Assembly (NCBI GenBank): GCA_965220965.1
Contig: OZ244852.1
Span: 2,144,001 to 2,208,000 of the forward strand
Length of the DNA: 64,000 nt
Reading direction: 5' to 3'
From: Candidatus Marinacidobacterium sp.
GTDB taxonomy: Bacteria > Acidobacteriota > Vicinamibacteria > Marinacidobacterales > Marinacidobacteraceae
Below the pieces are notes generated by a model that was not told the origin of the DNA, did no database searches, and saw only the letters and a list, made by a program, of their open reading frames with translations. The position numbers and the translations under genes are program-made. This document shows positions 16,341-26,348 of this stretch, in pieces. Positions within the stretch are counted from its first letter, which is position 1. Each line of letters begins with the position of its first letter.

Positions 16341-18968
16341 TCAGTGCTCCCAGCAGGCGGCGATGGCGACTCCCGCCACCAGCGGAACCTGGAGATCGGC
16401 GACCGACTCCATCTCGTTCCGCACCAGGTCGGCGACCGATTCCACCTCCTCGGCATCGGCTTCGACCAGGAGTTCGTCGTGGACCTGGAGGAGCAGCCGG
16501 CCTGAGGTGGCCTCGAGCGCCCGGTCCACCCGCAGCATCGCGATCTTGATGAGGTCGGCCGCCGTCCCCTGGATCGGGGCGTTCACCGCCATCCGCTCGG
16601 CGGCCTCGCGCCGCGCCCGCTGCGTCGTTCGGATCTCCGGCAGGTGGCGGGCGCGGCCGAACAGGGTCGTCACCCGACCCGTCTCCCGCGCTTCCCGCTT
16701 GATCTGCTCGACGAGATCGCGAACGCCGGCGTAGCGGTCGAAGTAGGCCTCGATGAAGGCGGCGGCTTCGCCGGTCGTGGTCCCGATCTCCTTCGCGAGG
16801 GTGAAGGCGGTCTTGCCGTAGATGACCGAGAAGTTGACGATCTTGGCGCGACGACGCGCTTCCGCGGGGTCGAGCCCGAAGTCGCCGAAGACCTCGCGGG
16901 CGGTCCGGGAATGGATGTCCTCGCCAGCTCGAAAGGCCTCGCAGAGCGCCGGGTCGCCGCTGAGGTGCGCGAGGATCCGCAGCTCGATCTGGGAGTAGTC
17001 GGCGGAGAGCAGCCGCTTTCCCGGCGCGGCGACGAAGGCGCGGCGGACCCGGCGCCCGAGTTCGCTGCGGACCGGGATGTTCTGGAGGTTCGGGTCCGTG
17101 CTCGAGAGCCGCCCGGTGGCGGCGACCGCCTGATGGAGGCGGGTGTGAAGCCTGCCGGTCATCTTCGAGACGAGCCGCGGCAGGGGGTCCACCCACGTGC
17201 TCTTCATCTTGGCCAGTTCCCGATACTCCAGCACCAGCCGGGGGACTTCGTGGCGGGTGGCGAGTTCCTCGAGGACGGCGGCGCGGGTCGAGAACTGCCG
17301 GAGCTTCTTCGTCTTCGCGGTCCGGGGAAGGTCCAGCCGCTCGAACAGGATCTCGCCGAGCTGCTTCGGGCTCTGGAGGTCGAACCGGACGCCGGCGAGC
17401 TCGAAGATCCGTTCGGAGAGCTCCTCGATGCGGGTCTCGAGATCCCGCCCCAGCTCCAGCAGCGCGTCGGCGGCGATGCAGATCCCCCGGGTTTCGATCC
17501 GGGCCAGCACCGGCGCGAGCGGCATCTCGATTTCGGCGAACACCCGACGGAGGCCCTCGCGGTCGAGGAGCGGGTCGAGGCTGGCCCGCAGACGGTGCTG
17601 CAGCGCCGCCCGGGCGCCGAGGCGGGAGTCGGGGGCCTTCTCCCCGAAGAGGGTTGCGGGCGGGGCGGCGTCTTCCGGCAACGCCAGGCCGGTGTAGTCC
17701 TGCAGGACCTCGGCGAACCCCTGGGCGCGGCGCGTCGTGTTCAGCAGCCACGCCGCCACCTGCGAATCGTGGAGAACGCGGGGGGCAGCACGTCCGCGCT
17801 CCACCAGCCACCGCAGGAACGGCTGCAGCCCGTGGCCGACCACGCCCACCCCGGCGGCGAAGGCCGACGAGAGCGCTTCGGCGAGGCCTTCGGGGGCGAT
17901 CCCGCCGCCCGCCTCGGCGAAGACTCCGGAGTCCGCATCGGCGGCCAGGCCCAGAGCGACGAGCGGCTCCGGCCCGCGGTCTTCGGAGGGGCCGAGGACC
18001 GCGTGAACCGCAAGGACGCCGCCCTCGCGGGCCGCCTCCAGAACGGATGAGACGTCAGCCAGCGCGGCGGCGACCGTCACCTTCGGCAGGGCGGCGGGGG
18101 CGGCGGAAGCGAAGTCGCGGGCGTGGGTCCGGAGCTCGAGTTCCTCGAACAGCTCCCGCGCCTCGGCCTCGCGGGGCCCCTGGTAGCGCAGCCCCTCCAT
18201 GCGCTCTCCCGCCTCGGGAACGGCCACATCGAGACGCAACCGGGCGAGGTCGCGGGAGAGGATTGCGGTTTCCTGGTGCTCACCGAGCAGCGCGGCGGTG
18301 CGTTGCCGGGGGATCTCGTCCCGGTGGGCGAGGATGTCCTCGACGCCGCCCCACGCCTCGATGAGGCCCACCGCCGTCTTCGGCCCGATCCCTGGAACCC
18401 CGGGGATGTTGTCGACCGAATCGCCGACGAGCCCGAGGTAGTCGGGGACGAACCTCGGAGGGACGCCCAGTTTGGCCTCGACTCCCGCCGGGTCGATCCG
18501 GCGATCGGGAGTTCCGGGGGGGACCACGCTCACCTGATCGTTCACGATCTGCAGCAGGTCCTTGTCCCCCGAGACCACGAGCACCCGATACCCTTCCGGC
18601 GCGGCGGCCGCCGCCAGGGATCCGATCACATCGTCCGCCTCGACGCCTTCCACTTCGACGACGGAAACCCCGAGCGCGCGCGAGACCTGGCGGGTGAACG
18701 GCATCTGGAGCGCCAGCTCGGGCGGCGTCTCGGGCCGGTGCGCCTTGTAGTCGGGGAACGACTCGTGGCGGAACGTCGGGCCGGGAGGATCGAAGGCGAC
18801 CGCCGCCAGCTCGGGCTCCTCCTCGCGGAGCAGCTTCCGCAGCGCCGCGACGAAACCATGGAGCGCGCCGTTCGGAAATCCATCGGAGCGGGTCAGGCGC
18901 GGAAGCGCGAAGAACGACCGGAAGAGCAGATTGTTGCCATCCACCAGCAACAGGGTCGGGCGGGCCAT
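16341..18968 (-). CDS. polA: DNA polymerase I
   Basis: 5'-3' exonuclease (LLVDGNNLLFRSFFA, EADDVIGS, GDSVDNIPGVPGIGPKTA) and polymerase motifs (TGRLSSTDPNLQNIP, ADYSQIELR, AKIVNFSVIYG, LQVHDEL); true ATG at 18968. Confidence 0.97.
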   Translation of the reverse strand: MARPTLLLVDGNNLLFRSFFALPRLTRSDGFPNGALHGFVAALRKLLREEEPELAAVAFDPPGPTFRHESFPDYKAHRPETPPELALQMPFTRQVSRALGVSVVEVEGVEADDVIGSLAAAAAPEGYRVLVVSGDKDLLQIVNDQVSVVPPGTPDRRIDPAGVEAKLGVPPRFVPDYLGLVGDSVDNIPGVPGIGPKTAVGLIEAWGGVEDILAHRDEIPRQRTAALLGEHQETAILSRDLARLRLDVAVPEAGERMEGLRYQGPREAEARELFEELELRTHARDFASAAPAALPKVTVAAALADVSSVLEAAREGGVLAVHAVLGPSEDRGPEPLVALGLAADADSGVFAEAGGGIAPEGLAEALSSAFAAGVGVVGHGLQPFLRWLVERGRAAPRVLHDSQVAAWLLNTTRRAQGFAEVLQDYTGLALPEDAAPPATLFGEKAPDSRLGARAALQHRLRASLDPLLDREGLRRVFAEIEMPLAPVLARIETRGICIAADALLELGRDLETRIEELSERIFELAGVRFDLQSPKQLGEILFERLDLPRTAKTKKLRQFSTRAAVLEELATRHEVPRLVLEYRELAKMKSTWVDPLPRLVSKMTGRLHTRLHQAVAATGRLSSTDPNLQNIPVRSELGRRVRRAFVAAPGKRLLSADYSQIELRILAHLSGDPALCEAFRAGEDIHSRTAREVFGDFGLDPAEARRRAKIVNFSVIYGKTAFTLAKEIGTTTGEAAAFIEAYFDRYAGVRDLVEQIKREARETGRVTTLFGRARHLPEIRTTQRARREAAERMAVNAPIQGTAADLIKIAMLRVDRALEATSGRLLLQVHDELLVEADAEEVESVADLVRNEMESVADLQVPLVAGVAIAACWEH

Positions 18969-19000
18969 CCGGGCGCTCGCGGCGGATTCTACTTTCGGGA

Positions 19001-19688
19001 TTGCGCCGTTTTCTGTCGTATCTGGAGGACCGGAATCGGGCTTCTGGCGGGCCTCGCGGCCGGATGCGCGGGCCCGGCGTGGCAGGAGACCCACCGCGTC
19101 CGGCTCGATGGTTCCGGGGTGTCGGTGATCCAGGTCGCGCCGGAACTGCTGCCCGGGGAGCCCGGCGGCGACCCCGCGGAGCGCATCCGGCGCCTGCTCG
19201 CTGGCGCCGGGCTGGAGGTGGAGCGCGCCCGGATCCTGCGCGACGGTCGCGCCGAGGGCCGGGTCGCCTTCGCATCGCTGGAGGCGCTCTGTCGCGCCGA
19301 ACTCCTCGACCGCCGCTGCTCCCACCAGCCGCGGCCGGAAGGCGGCTTCGAGATCGGCCTTACGGTGACGCCCCCGGCCGGCGGGTCCGGCGAGGCGCGC
19401 ATTCAGTTGCGGCCGGAGGCGCGGATCACGGGGCACAACAGCGATGGTCCGATCCGGCGCGGTAACCGGCTGCGCTGGACGTTCCCGCTCGATGCGGGAA
19501 CCGCAGGATCGCGAGAGCTTCGGGTGACGACCGACGACGTCAGCGTGCTGGGCTCCACCGTCCGCACCGTTCTCCGGGCCGCCGCGATCTCGGGGGGGAT
19601 CGCTATGAGCGGGCTGACGCTGCTCTTCCTGGTCGGGCGGCGCCGGCTGCGCCGCGCCGCCCGTTCCGGGGCCGCGCCGGACCCATAG
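19001..19688 (+). CDS. Hypothetical lipoprotein with C-terminal membrane anchor (start unclear, possibly frameshifted)
   Basis: Frame ending at 19688 has lipobox LAAGC and a C-terminal TM (GGIAMSGLTLLFLVGRRR) but no in-frame ATG/GTG/TTG before the lipobox. Confidence 0.5.
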
Positions 19689-19699
19689 CCCCGCAGGAA

Positions 19700-20845
19700 T
19701 CACCGCGCGGCCTTCAGGAAGTCCCCGGGGTACCGCCGCACCAGGCCGCTCCGCTCGAGCTCGGAGAGGGCGGCCAGCGCATCCGGGATGGGCAGGCCGC
19801 ACATCGCGATCGCCGAATCCATGTCGAGGCCGGAGGGCGAGGCGCGAAGGGTCCGCAGGACGACGGCGGCGTCGCCCTCCGGGGCCTCCCCGCCCGCCGC
19901 CGCTTCCGGACCGGGCTTCGGCCGCTGGCCGGGCGCCGGCGGGAGTCGCGGCTCGCGCCGCTCGAACCCGAGCTGCTCCAGCACTTCGTCAACGGAGGTC
20001 ACGAGAGCGGCGCCGGAGCGGATCAGGGAATGACATCCCTCGCTGGTCTCCGACCCCACCGGACCGGGGACGGCGCACACCTCGCGGCCGTTGTCCACCG
20101 CGTGGCGCGCGGTGGAGAGCGAGCCGCTCCGCCGGGCGGCCTCGACCACCACGACGCCGAGGGTGAGCCCGGCGATGATCCGGTTGCGCCGCGGAAAGTG
20201 ATGGGGGAGCGGGCGGGTCTGCGGCGGGAACTCGGAGACCACCGCGCCCGAACCCGCGCAGGCGCTGGCGAGCGCGCGGTGTTCCGGGGGATAGATGCGG
20301 GCCAGACCGGCGCCGAGGACGGCGACAGTCGTTCCGGCGGCGTCGAGCGCCGCGCGATGCGCCACGCCGTCCACGCCGCGGGCGAGCCCGCTGACGACGG
20401 TGAGGCCGGCGGCGGCGAGGCCGCGCGCCAGCGCGTCCGCGATCTCGAGGCCGTAGGGCGTCCCGCGCCGCGCCCCGACGAGCGCCACCGACGGACGGTC
20501 CAGGTCCGCGGCCCCGGCCACCTCGAGCGCCACCGGGGGCGCCGCGCTCTCGGCGAGGAGCGCCGGATACCCGGGCGCGCCGAGGAGCAGGAGCCGATGC
20601 TCCCGGTCGGCGGCGCGCCGGATCCAGGCGGATGCGGCGTCGAGGAGGCCGCGGTCGGGCTCTCCGAAGCGGCGGCGGAACGCCTCGACGGCGCCCTGGG
20701 CGCCGTGCTCCAGAAAAAGCGCGGCCCGGTCGCGGGGGCTGAGGACCGGGCTCAGGGCGATCGCGACCGCGAGGCGCCGCGCCGCGGCGGAGGGCGCGGT
20801 TCCCGGGCTCGGGGACGACGGGGGGGATTCGGGGTCGGGCGCCAT
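19700..20845 (-). CDS. dprA: DNA-processing protein DprA
   Basis: VALVGARRGTPYG, VVSGLARGVDGVAH, HFPRRNRIIAGL, EAARRSGSLSTA, C-terminal LSELER wHTH; start between 20845 and 20896. Confidence 0.93.
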   Translation of the reverse strand: MAPDPESPPSSPSPGTAPSAAARRLAVAIALSPVLSPRDRAALFLEHGAQGAVEAFRRRFGEPDRGLLDAASAWIRRAADREHRLLLLGAPGYPALLAESAAPPVALEVAGAADLDRPSVALVGARRGTPYGLEIADALARGLAAAGLTVVSGLARGVDGVAHRAALDAAGTTVAVLGAGLARIYPPEHRALASACAGSGAVVSEFPPQTRPLPHHFPRRNRIIAGLTLGVVVVEAARRSGSLSTARHAVDNGREVCAVPGPVGSETSEGCHSLIRSGAALVTSVDEVLEQLGFERREPRLPPAPGQRPKPGPEAAAGGEAPEGDAAVVLRTLRASPSGLDMDSAIAMCGLPIPDALAALSELERSGLVRRYPGDFLKAAR

Positions 20846-20971
20846 GGGCTTCGCCTCCATGCGGACGCTGGCGGCCACAAGAGAGGCCACTCCCATGGAT
20901 GACGCATTTCTGGCGAATTCCTGCCATCCGGGACGGCTTCCGCGTCAGGCGGCATCCCCGAACGGGCTGCG

Positions 20972-21173
20972 AGCAGTTCGTTGATGAAGTCCCGTGCAGC
21001 GCCGAGGCCCCCACCGGGAGAACTGGCGGTGAGGCGCCCGGCCGACAAGGCGCGTAAGCGACGAATATCGGGAATATTCGGAGCGAAACGCAACGATGGG
21101 CGCCCCGAAGGGGCGTGGTTCGGCCGGGATGCATCGCCGCTCGAACGCCGCGGGACTTCGTCAACGGGCTGCT
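20972..21173. repeat. Non-coding element with terminal inverted repeats, copy 2 (inverted relative to copy 1, with a ~18-nt internal insertion)
   Basis: Ends AGCAGTTCGTTGA / TCAACGGGCTGCT; reverse complement aligns along its length with 3609-3792. Confidence 0.85.
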
Positions 21174-21224
21174 AGTATCAAAAGCCGCTCGCCGTCGGTT
21201 GACTGGCTACGCCGGGAGGACGAA

Positions 21225-21677
21225 ATGGCCCGTTCATTGCAGATTCCGAACCCCATCGACGATCCCATGCGTTCCCACGAGCGACCCGCCCGCCTCCGCC
21301 GCGCCCTGGCCGGCATGGTTCTGGTTGCGGCCGTGGCCGTCGCCGCCCCGCTCGCCGCCGATGAGGAGCGCGCCGGCCAGGAGAACGAGTTCGGAGTCGA
21401 TGTGGCCCGGCGGGGGCTGTGGAAGGAAGCCGCCTACCGCTGGCGGAGGGCGGTGGAGCTCGACCCGAGGAATGCGCGGGCGCACAACAACCTGGCGGTG
21501 GGGCTGGAGCGCTCGGGGCAATTCGAGGAGGCGCTCGAGGTCTACGAGACCGCCCTCTCGCTGGAGCCGACGAACGAACAGATCCGCCAGAACTACGAGC
21601 TGTTCCGCGAGGCCTACGAACGGAAGCAGCGCAAGGATCGGGACGCCGCCCGGTCCCGGTCGGTCCGTGGGCGCTGA
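21225..21677 (+). CDS. Small secreted TPR protein
   Basis: GGGAGGA RBS before ATG at 21225; signal-like segment; GLWKEAAYRWRRAVELDPRNARAHNNLAV TPRs. Confidence 0.82.
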   Translation: MARSLQIPNPIDDPMRSHERPARLRRALAGMVLVAAVAVAAPLAADEERAGQENEFGVDVARRGLWKEAAYRWRRAVELDPRNARAHNNLAVGLERSGQFEEALEVYETALSLEPTNEQIRQNYELFREAYERKQRKDRDAARSRSVRGR

Positions 21678-21684
21678 GGAACCG

Positions 21685-22491
21685 ATGCGCGCGCTGACGG
21701 CCACCCCCCTGCGGAACCTGGCGATCCTCCTGGTCGGGACGGTGGGCGCGGGCTGCGCCTCGAGCCCCTACGTCGAAGTTCCCATCGAGATCCCGATCGA
21801 CGCCAAGCTGGACCTCTCCGATTACGGGCGCGTGCTGGTTGGCAGCTTCGTGACCCAGAACAACGAGAACCTCGACCTCGACGCCGAGACGTCGCGCCTG
21901 CTGCGGAACCAGTTGCGGCTCAACTCGCGACTCGCCGTCATCGAGGCCGAGGTCGAGCCTCTCGGCGATTTCTCCGACGCCGCGCTCGAGTCGAGCGGGC
22001 TGGCGGAACAGTTCGACGAGATGGCGGCCGAAGCGGTCGCCGTCGGCGACGGGGAGATCTCGCGTCAGGAGTGGATCGATCTGGAGCAGGACAAGCTGCT
22101 CGAGGACGAGGAGTACTGGCGGCGCCTGGGAGAGGAGTTCGAGGAGCCCCTCATCGTGAGCGGACGGCTGCGGTTCGCGGCCGAGGAGCGCTCCGGCTTC
22201 TCGCGGCGCGACCGGTACGTCCGGAGCGAGTTCGGCGGACGCCGCCTGGTGCGGAGCACGCAGTTCCAGGAACGCAACGCCTACACCCTGACGGCGGAGT
22301 TCTATTTCATCGACGGCCGCGACGGCCGCGCCATCCACCGGGAGCGGTTCACCGAGGAGGTCATCTTCGGACGCGACGAGGAGAGTTCCGCGCTCTCCTC
22401 CTACTTCGAACTGATGGACCGCATCCTGCCGAACTTCCTGAGCATCGTCACCCCCCAGACTTTCCGGGGCACGAGGGTCCTGCTGCGCTGA
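21685..22491 (+). CDS. Hypothetical lipoprotein
   Basis: GAGGA RBS, lipobox VGAGC, good coding character; lies between the TPR gene and the Omp85-domain gene. Confidence 0.78.
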   Translation: MRALTATPLRNLAILLVGTVGAGCASSPYVEVPIEIPIDAKLDLSDYGRVLVGSFVTQNNENLDLDAETSRLLRNQLRLNSRLAVIEAEVEPLGDFSDAALESSGLAEQFDEMAAEAVAVGDGEISRQEWIDLEQDKLLEDEEYWRRLGEEFEEPLIVSGRLRFAAEERSGFSRRDRYVRSEFGGRRLVRSTQFQERNAYTLTAEFYFIDGRDGRAIHRERFTEEVIFGRDEESSALSSYFELMDRILPNFLSIVTPQTFRGTRVLLR

Positions 22492-22603
22492 CCTTCATGC
22501 TCCGCCGGACGGCGACATCCCGGCCCGGCCTGGCCAACGCCGGGCCGATGACAGGGTCGGCCGCCGGCTCACCGACGGGAGCGCGCTCCCGAGGAGCAGA
22601 CTC

Positions 22604-25600
22604 GTGACCACACCGTCTTCGCGATTCCGACGCCGGGCGCTTGCCGCCGTCGCTCTGGTCCTCGCCGGGGTCTTCGCCGCGGCGCCGGCCGCCGCGCAGT
22701 ACTTCATCCCGTTCTACGGGAAGAACAAGGTCAAGTACGACAAGCACGACTGGCAGGTCTACCGGTCTCCCCACTTCGATGTCTACTACTACCCCGAGAT
22801 GGAAGAGGAGCTCGGACGGCTCGTCAGTTACGCCGAGAGCGCCTACGAGACGATCTCGGACCGGCTGAAGCACGAGATTCCGTTCGCGATCCCGCTCATC
22901 CTCTACAAGACGTTCTCGGAGTTCGCGCAGACGAACCTGTCGCCATCCGAGATCCCCGAGGGGGTCGGGGCCTTCGCGGAGTCCACGCGGGACCGGATGG
23001 TCATTCCGATCGACAACCCTCCGGACGAGCTCCAGGAACTGTTCCTCCACGAGCTCACGCACATCTTCGAATTCGACATCGTTCCGCGGTCGCTGTTCCG
23101 GCAGACGGTGCCGCTGTGGATCGATGAAGGGCTCGCGACCTACATGGAGGACGAGTGGGACCCGCTCGACCTCATGACGATCCGGGACGCGACGATCGCC
23201 GATCAGATCCCGACTTTCCAGGAGCTGAACCAGGCGTTCTCCCGCTCGCCCTATTCGTTCGGCGCGTCGATCTTCTACTTCATGGAGGAGCGGTTCGGCG
23301 AAGAGGGCGTGCGGCAGTTCGTGTTCTCGCTCCGTCGCGCCGTCACCGGCGGCGTCGGCGAGGAGGTCTACGAACAGGCCTTCCGCATGACGCCCGAGGA
23401 CTTTTACCGCGAGTACAAGCGCTGGATGAAGGACCGGTTCAAGCCCTATCGGGACAAGGAAATCCCGGAGGACTACAGCGTCGATCTCTCACCGCGCGAG
23501 GGCCGCTACGTGGGCGCCATCTCGGCCGCGCACTCGCCGTCGGGCGAGGTCATCGCGGTGCTTTCGGGGAACCGGCGCGAGACGGAGTACGACGTGGTGC
23601 TGCTCTCGGCGCACGACGGCGAGGTCATCCGCAACCTGACCCCGGGTTACGCCGGGGAGTTCATCAACGTCGTCGGGCTGACCGGCGAGGATCAGCTCAT
23701 CGGCCGGAATCTGAGCTGGACGCCGGACGGCTCGCGGGTCGCCTTCTTCGGCAAGTACCAGAAGCGGCGCGCGCTGCTCCTCGCCGATGTCGTGGAATCG
23801 CAGATCGTGCGGCGCATCGAGATGCCGCTGGATCGCGCCACGTTCCCCCATGTCGGTCCGGACGGGGACTGGGTCTACTTCTCGGCGCTGAACAACACCG
23901 TCAGCGACATCTACCGGGTCAACCTCACGACCGAGGTCATCGAGAACCTCACGCGCGACGACTTCCACGACAAGTTCCCCACCGTGAGTCCGGATGGGGA
24001 GTGGCTCTACTACAGCCGCCGGATCAGCGGCTACGACAAGCTCTACCGGCTCCGGATCGCCACCGGCGAGAAGGAGCAGATCACCTTCGGCACGTTCAAC
24101 GACATCAGCCCGATCTTCGCTCCCAACGGACGCGATCTGGTCTATTCGTCGGACGAGGACGACGGGATCTTCAACATCCGGACGCTGGACACCGAGACCG
24201 GAGACATCCTCCAGTACACCGATGTGCTCGGCGGCAACTTCTCGCCGAGCGTGGTCGAGGATCCCCGCAGCGGCGAACAGCGCCTCCTGTTCACCAGCTA
24301 CTACAAGGGGAACTGGGGCCTCCACACGCTGGGGATGGACGAACCCGTTAGGGAGATCTTCGCCGACGAGATCCTCCGGACGTCGGGGCCGGTCATCGAC
24401 TTCGTTCCGACCGTGGATCACCAGGTGATCAGCGAGAACAAGCGCGAGAAGGGACGATTCGAGAAGCTGTTCCTCGATGGGCCTCCGCCGATCCAGGCGG
24501 GCTTCACGAGCGACCGTGACTTCTTCGGCGGAACGGCCATTTCGCTCTCCGACGTGCTCGGCGACGACCGCATTTCGTTCACCGCCTATTCGGTGCGCTC
24601 CTACCGGATCTACAACGCCCAGTACGCGAATCTCGCCGGCCGCTTCCAGTACGCCCTCGAAGCGCACGACCAGACCTCCTTCTTCTATCCGGCCCTTCCC
24701 TACTACATCCAGAGCTACTGGTCGCGGTCTGACAGCATCGGGACGATCCGGTCCACCGGGGCCTCGGCCAGGTCGCTCTACCCGCTGAGCCGGTTCCGCC
24801 GCATCGAGCTGGGAGCGGGCTACGACTACCAGAGCACCGGCTTCGAGAACCCCTACCTTCAGCCAGGGCAGGACCCGCTGTTTCCGACGGACTACGTCGA
24901 CCAGTACGCGAACTTCTACGGTCAGATCTTCCCCACCGGACACCTGCTTCCGGTGAGCGCGGCGTTCGTGCAGGACACGATCCGGTTCCGTCAGCTCGGG
25001 CCCGCCGTCTTCCCCCAGTCGGGGAGCACGATCTACGCCGGGCTCGAGTGGTCCCCGTCAGGCCCGTTCCTTTCGCGGACGACGTTCAACCTCGACGCCC
25101 GGAAGTACTTCCAGTTGACGTCATCCAGCGTCCTCGCCGCCCGGCTCAAGTGGTTCCACAGCGTCGGCGACGCGCCCGGGTTCTTCTGGTTCGGAGGGAA
25201 CGGCGAACTCCGGGGCTACCCGCTCTATTCGTTCGTGGGCAACCGCGGCGGGCACGCCACGGTGGAGTTCCGCTTTCCCATCATCGATGCGGCGATCACC
25301 CCGCTGGGCCTGATCGGGCCGCTCCGGGGCAGCGTGTTCGTGGACGCCGGCGGCGCCGCCTACGCCGACGAACCTCTCAGCATCTATTCCTCGGAGCGCC
25401 GCGTGTCGCGCCTCGGGCAGCTCTGCGGACCACGGCAGAACTCGCTGTGCATTTCCGAAGGCGCCGGGCTCGCCGACTTCGTGGCCTCCTACGGCTTCAA
25501 CGCGCGGATCTACTTCCTCGGCCTGCCGCTCAACTTCGCCTGGTCGAAGCGCACCGATTTCGCGACCACGCTCGACGGCTGGAAGTTCGACTTCTGGATG

Positions 25601-25615
25601 GGCTGGCCCTTCTGA
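22604..25615 (+). CDS. Outer-membrane protein: gluzincin-like (HExxH) domain + PD40/TolB-like propeller + Omp85/BamA-type barrel
   Basis: Signal peptide; FYGKNKVKY; LHELTH..PLWIDEGLA; PD40-like repeats (SWTPDG, SPDGEW, FAPNG); ELRGY loop motif; C-terminal FWMGWPF. Confidence 0.85.
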   Translation: MTTPSSRFRRRALAAVALVLAGVFAAAPAAAQYFIPFYGKNKVKYDKHDWQVYRSPHFDVYYYPEMEEELGRLVSYAESAYETISDRLKHEIPFAIPLILYKTFSEFAQTNLSPSEIPEGVGAFAESTRDRMVIPIDNPPDELQELFLHELTHIFEFDIVPRSLFRQTVPLWIDEGLATYMEDEWDPLDLMTIRDATIADQIPTFQELNQAFSRSPYSFGASIFYFMEERFGEEGVRQFVFSLRRAVTGGVGEEVYEQAFRMTPEDFYREYKRWMKDRFKPYRDKEIPEDYSVDLSPREGRYVGAISAAHSPSGEVIAVLSGNRRETEYDVVLLSAHDGEVIRNLTPGYAGEFINVVGLTGEDQLIGRNLSWTPDGSRVAFFGKYQKRRALLLADVVESQIVRRIEMPLDRATFPHVGPDGDWVYFSALNNTVSDIYRVNLTTEVIENLTRDDFHDKFPTVSPDGEWLYYSRRISGYDKLYRLRIATGEKEQITFGTFNDISPIFAPNGRDLVYSSDEDDGIFNIRTLDTETGDILQYTDVLGGNFSPSVVEDPRSGEQRLLFTSYYKGNWGLHTLGMDEPVREIFADEILRTSGPVIDFVPTVDHQVISENKREKGRFEKLFLDGPPPIQAGFTSDRDFFGGTAISLSDVLGDDRISFTAYSVRSYRIYNAQYANLAGRFQYALEAHDQTSFFYPALPYYIQSYWSRSDSIGTIRSTGASARSLYPLSRFRRIELGAGYDYQSTGFENPYLQPGQDPLFPTDYVDQYANFYGQIFPTGHLLPVSAAFVQDTIRFRQLGPAVFPQSGSTIYAGLEWSPSGPFLSRTTFNLDARKYFQLTSSSVLAARLKWFHSVGDAPGFFWFGGNGELRGYPLYSFVGNRGGHATVEFRFPIIDAAITPLGLIGPLRGSVFVDAGGAAYADEPLSIYSSERRVSRLGQLCGPRQNSLCISEGAGLADFVASYGFNARIYFLGLPLNFAWSKRTDFATTLDGWKFDFWMGWPF

Positions 25616-25622
25616 GCGCGCT

Positions 25623-26348
25623 TCAGTCAGCTTCCGCGCTGCGGAGAATCTCCCTGACGGCGCCCGGCGCGAGGCCGGGCCCGTCGTGCTTCACGTAGAG
25701 GTAGAGCGTCTCCACCTGGTCGGCCACGCCGGCCAGCGCCGCGCGGAGGGCCTCCTTCTCCGCGTCGGCGTAGGGAGGATCGCGGCGAAGCCGCACATAG
25801 GCGAAGCCTGCGGTGACCGGAATGTCGGGCGCGGAGTCCAGGTCGTGGACCCCGGCCACCAGCGCCACCCCCGCCTCGCGGCAGATGTCCGTCACCGTCT
25901 CCGCACGCCACGAATCGTGGCGGAACTCCAGCGCGAAAGCCCGGTCTGAAGGGAGCTCCTTCAGGAACCCCTGGAGCCGGTCGTCATCGCGTCGGAACCA
26001 CGGGGGACACTGGAACAGCACCGGACCGAGCCGCGTCCCGAGCGGCTCGAGAGCGGTCAGGAACGAGGCCACCGACTCTCCCACATCGAGAAGGCGGGCC
26101 CGGTGGGTGATCCCCTGGTGCGCCTTGATGGAGAACACGAACCCGGGAGGCGCGGCGTCCGCCCAGGCGGCGACGACATCCTGCTTGGGGAATCGCCGGA
26201 AGGTGTGGTTGACCTCGACGGTCGGAAACACCTCGGCGTACCGGGCCAGGAAGTCGCGGGGCTTCGTCCCCTTCGGGTAGAAGGTCCCCACCCATTCCCG
26301 GAACCCGTATCCCGAGGTTCCGGCGAGCAGGCGCAAGGCGCCGCTCAG
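25623..26348 (-). CDS. DUF72-domain protein
   Basis: GTSGYGFREWVGTFYP, VEVNHTF, FSIKAHQGITH, LFQCPP, LEFRHDSW, YVRLR; start CTG at 26348 or TTG at 26336. Confidence 0.88.
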   Translation of the reverse strand: MSGALRLLAGTSGYGFREWVGTFYPKGTKPRDFLARYAEVFPTVEVNHTFRRFPKQDVVAAWADAAPPGFVFSIKAHQGITHRARLLDVGESVASFLTALEPLGTRLGPVLFQCPPWFRRDDDRLQGFLKELPSDRAFALEFRHDSWRAETVTDICREAGVALVAGVHDLDSAPDIPVTAGFAYVRLRRDPPYADAEKEALRAALAGVADQVETLYLYVKHDGPGLAPGAVREILRSAEAD

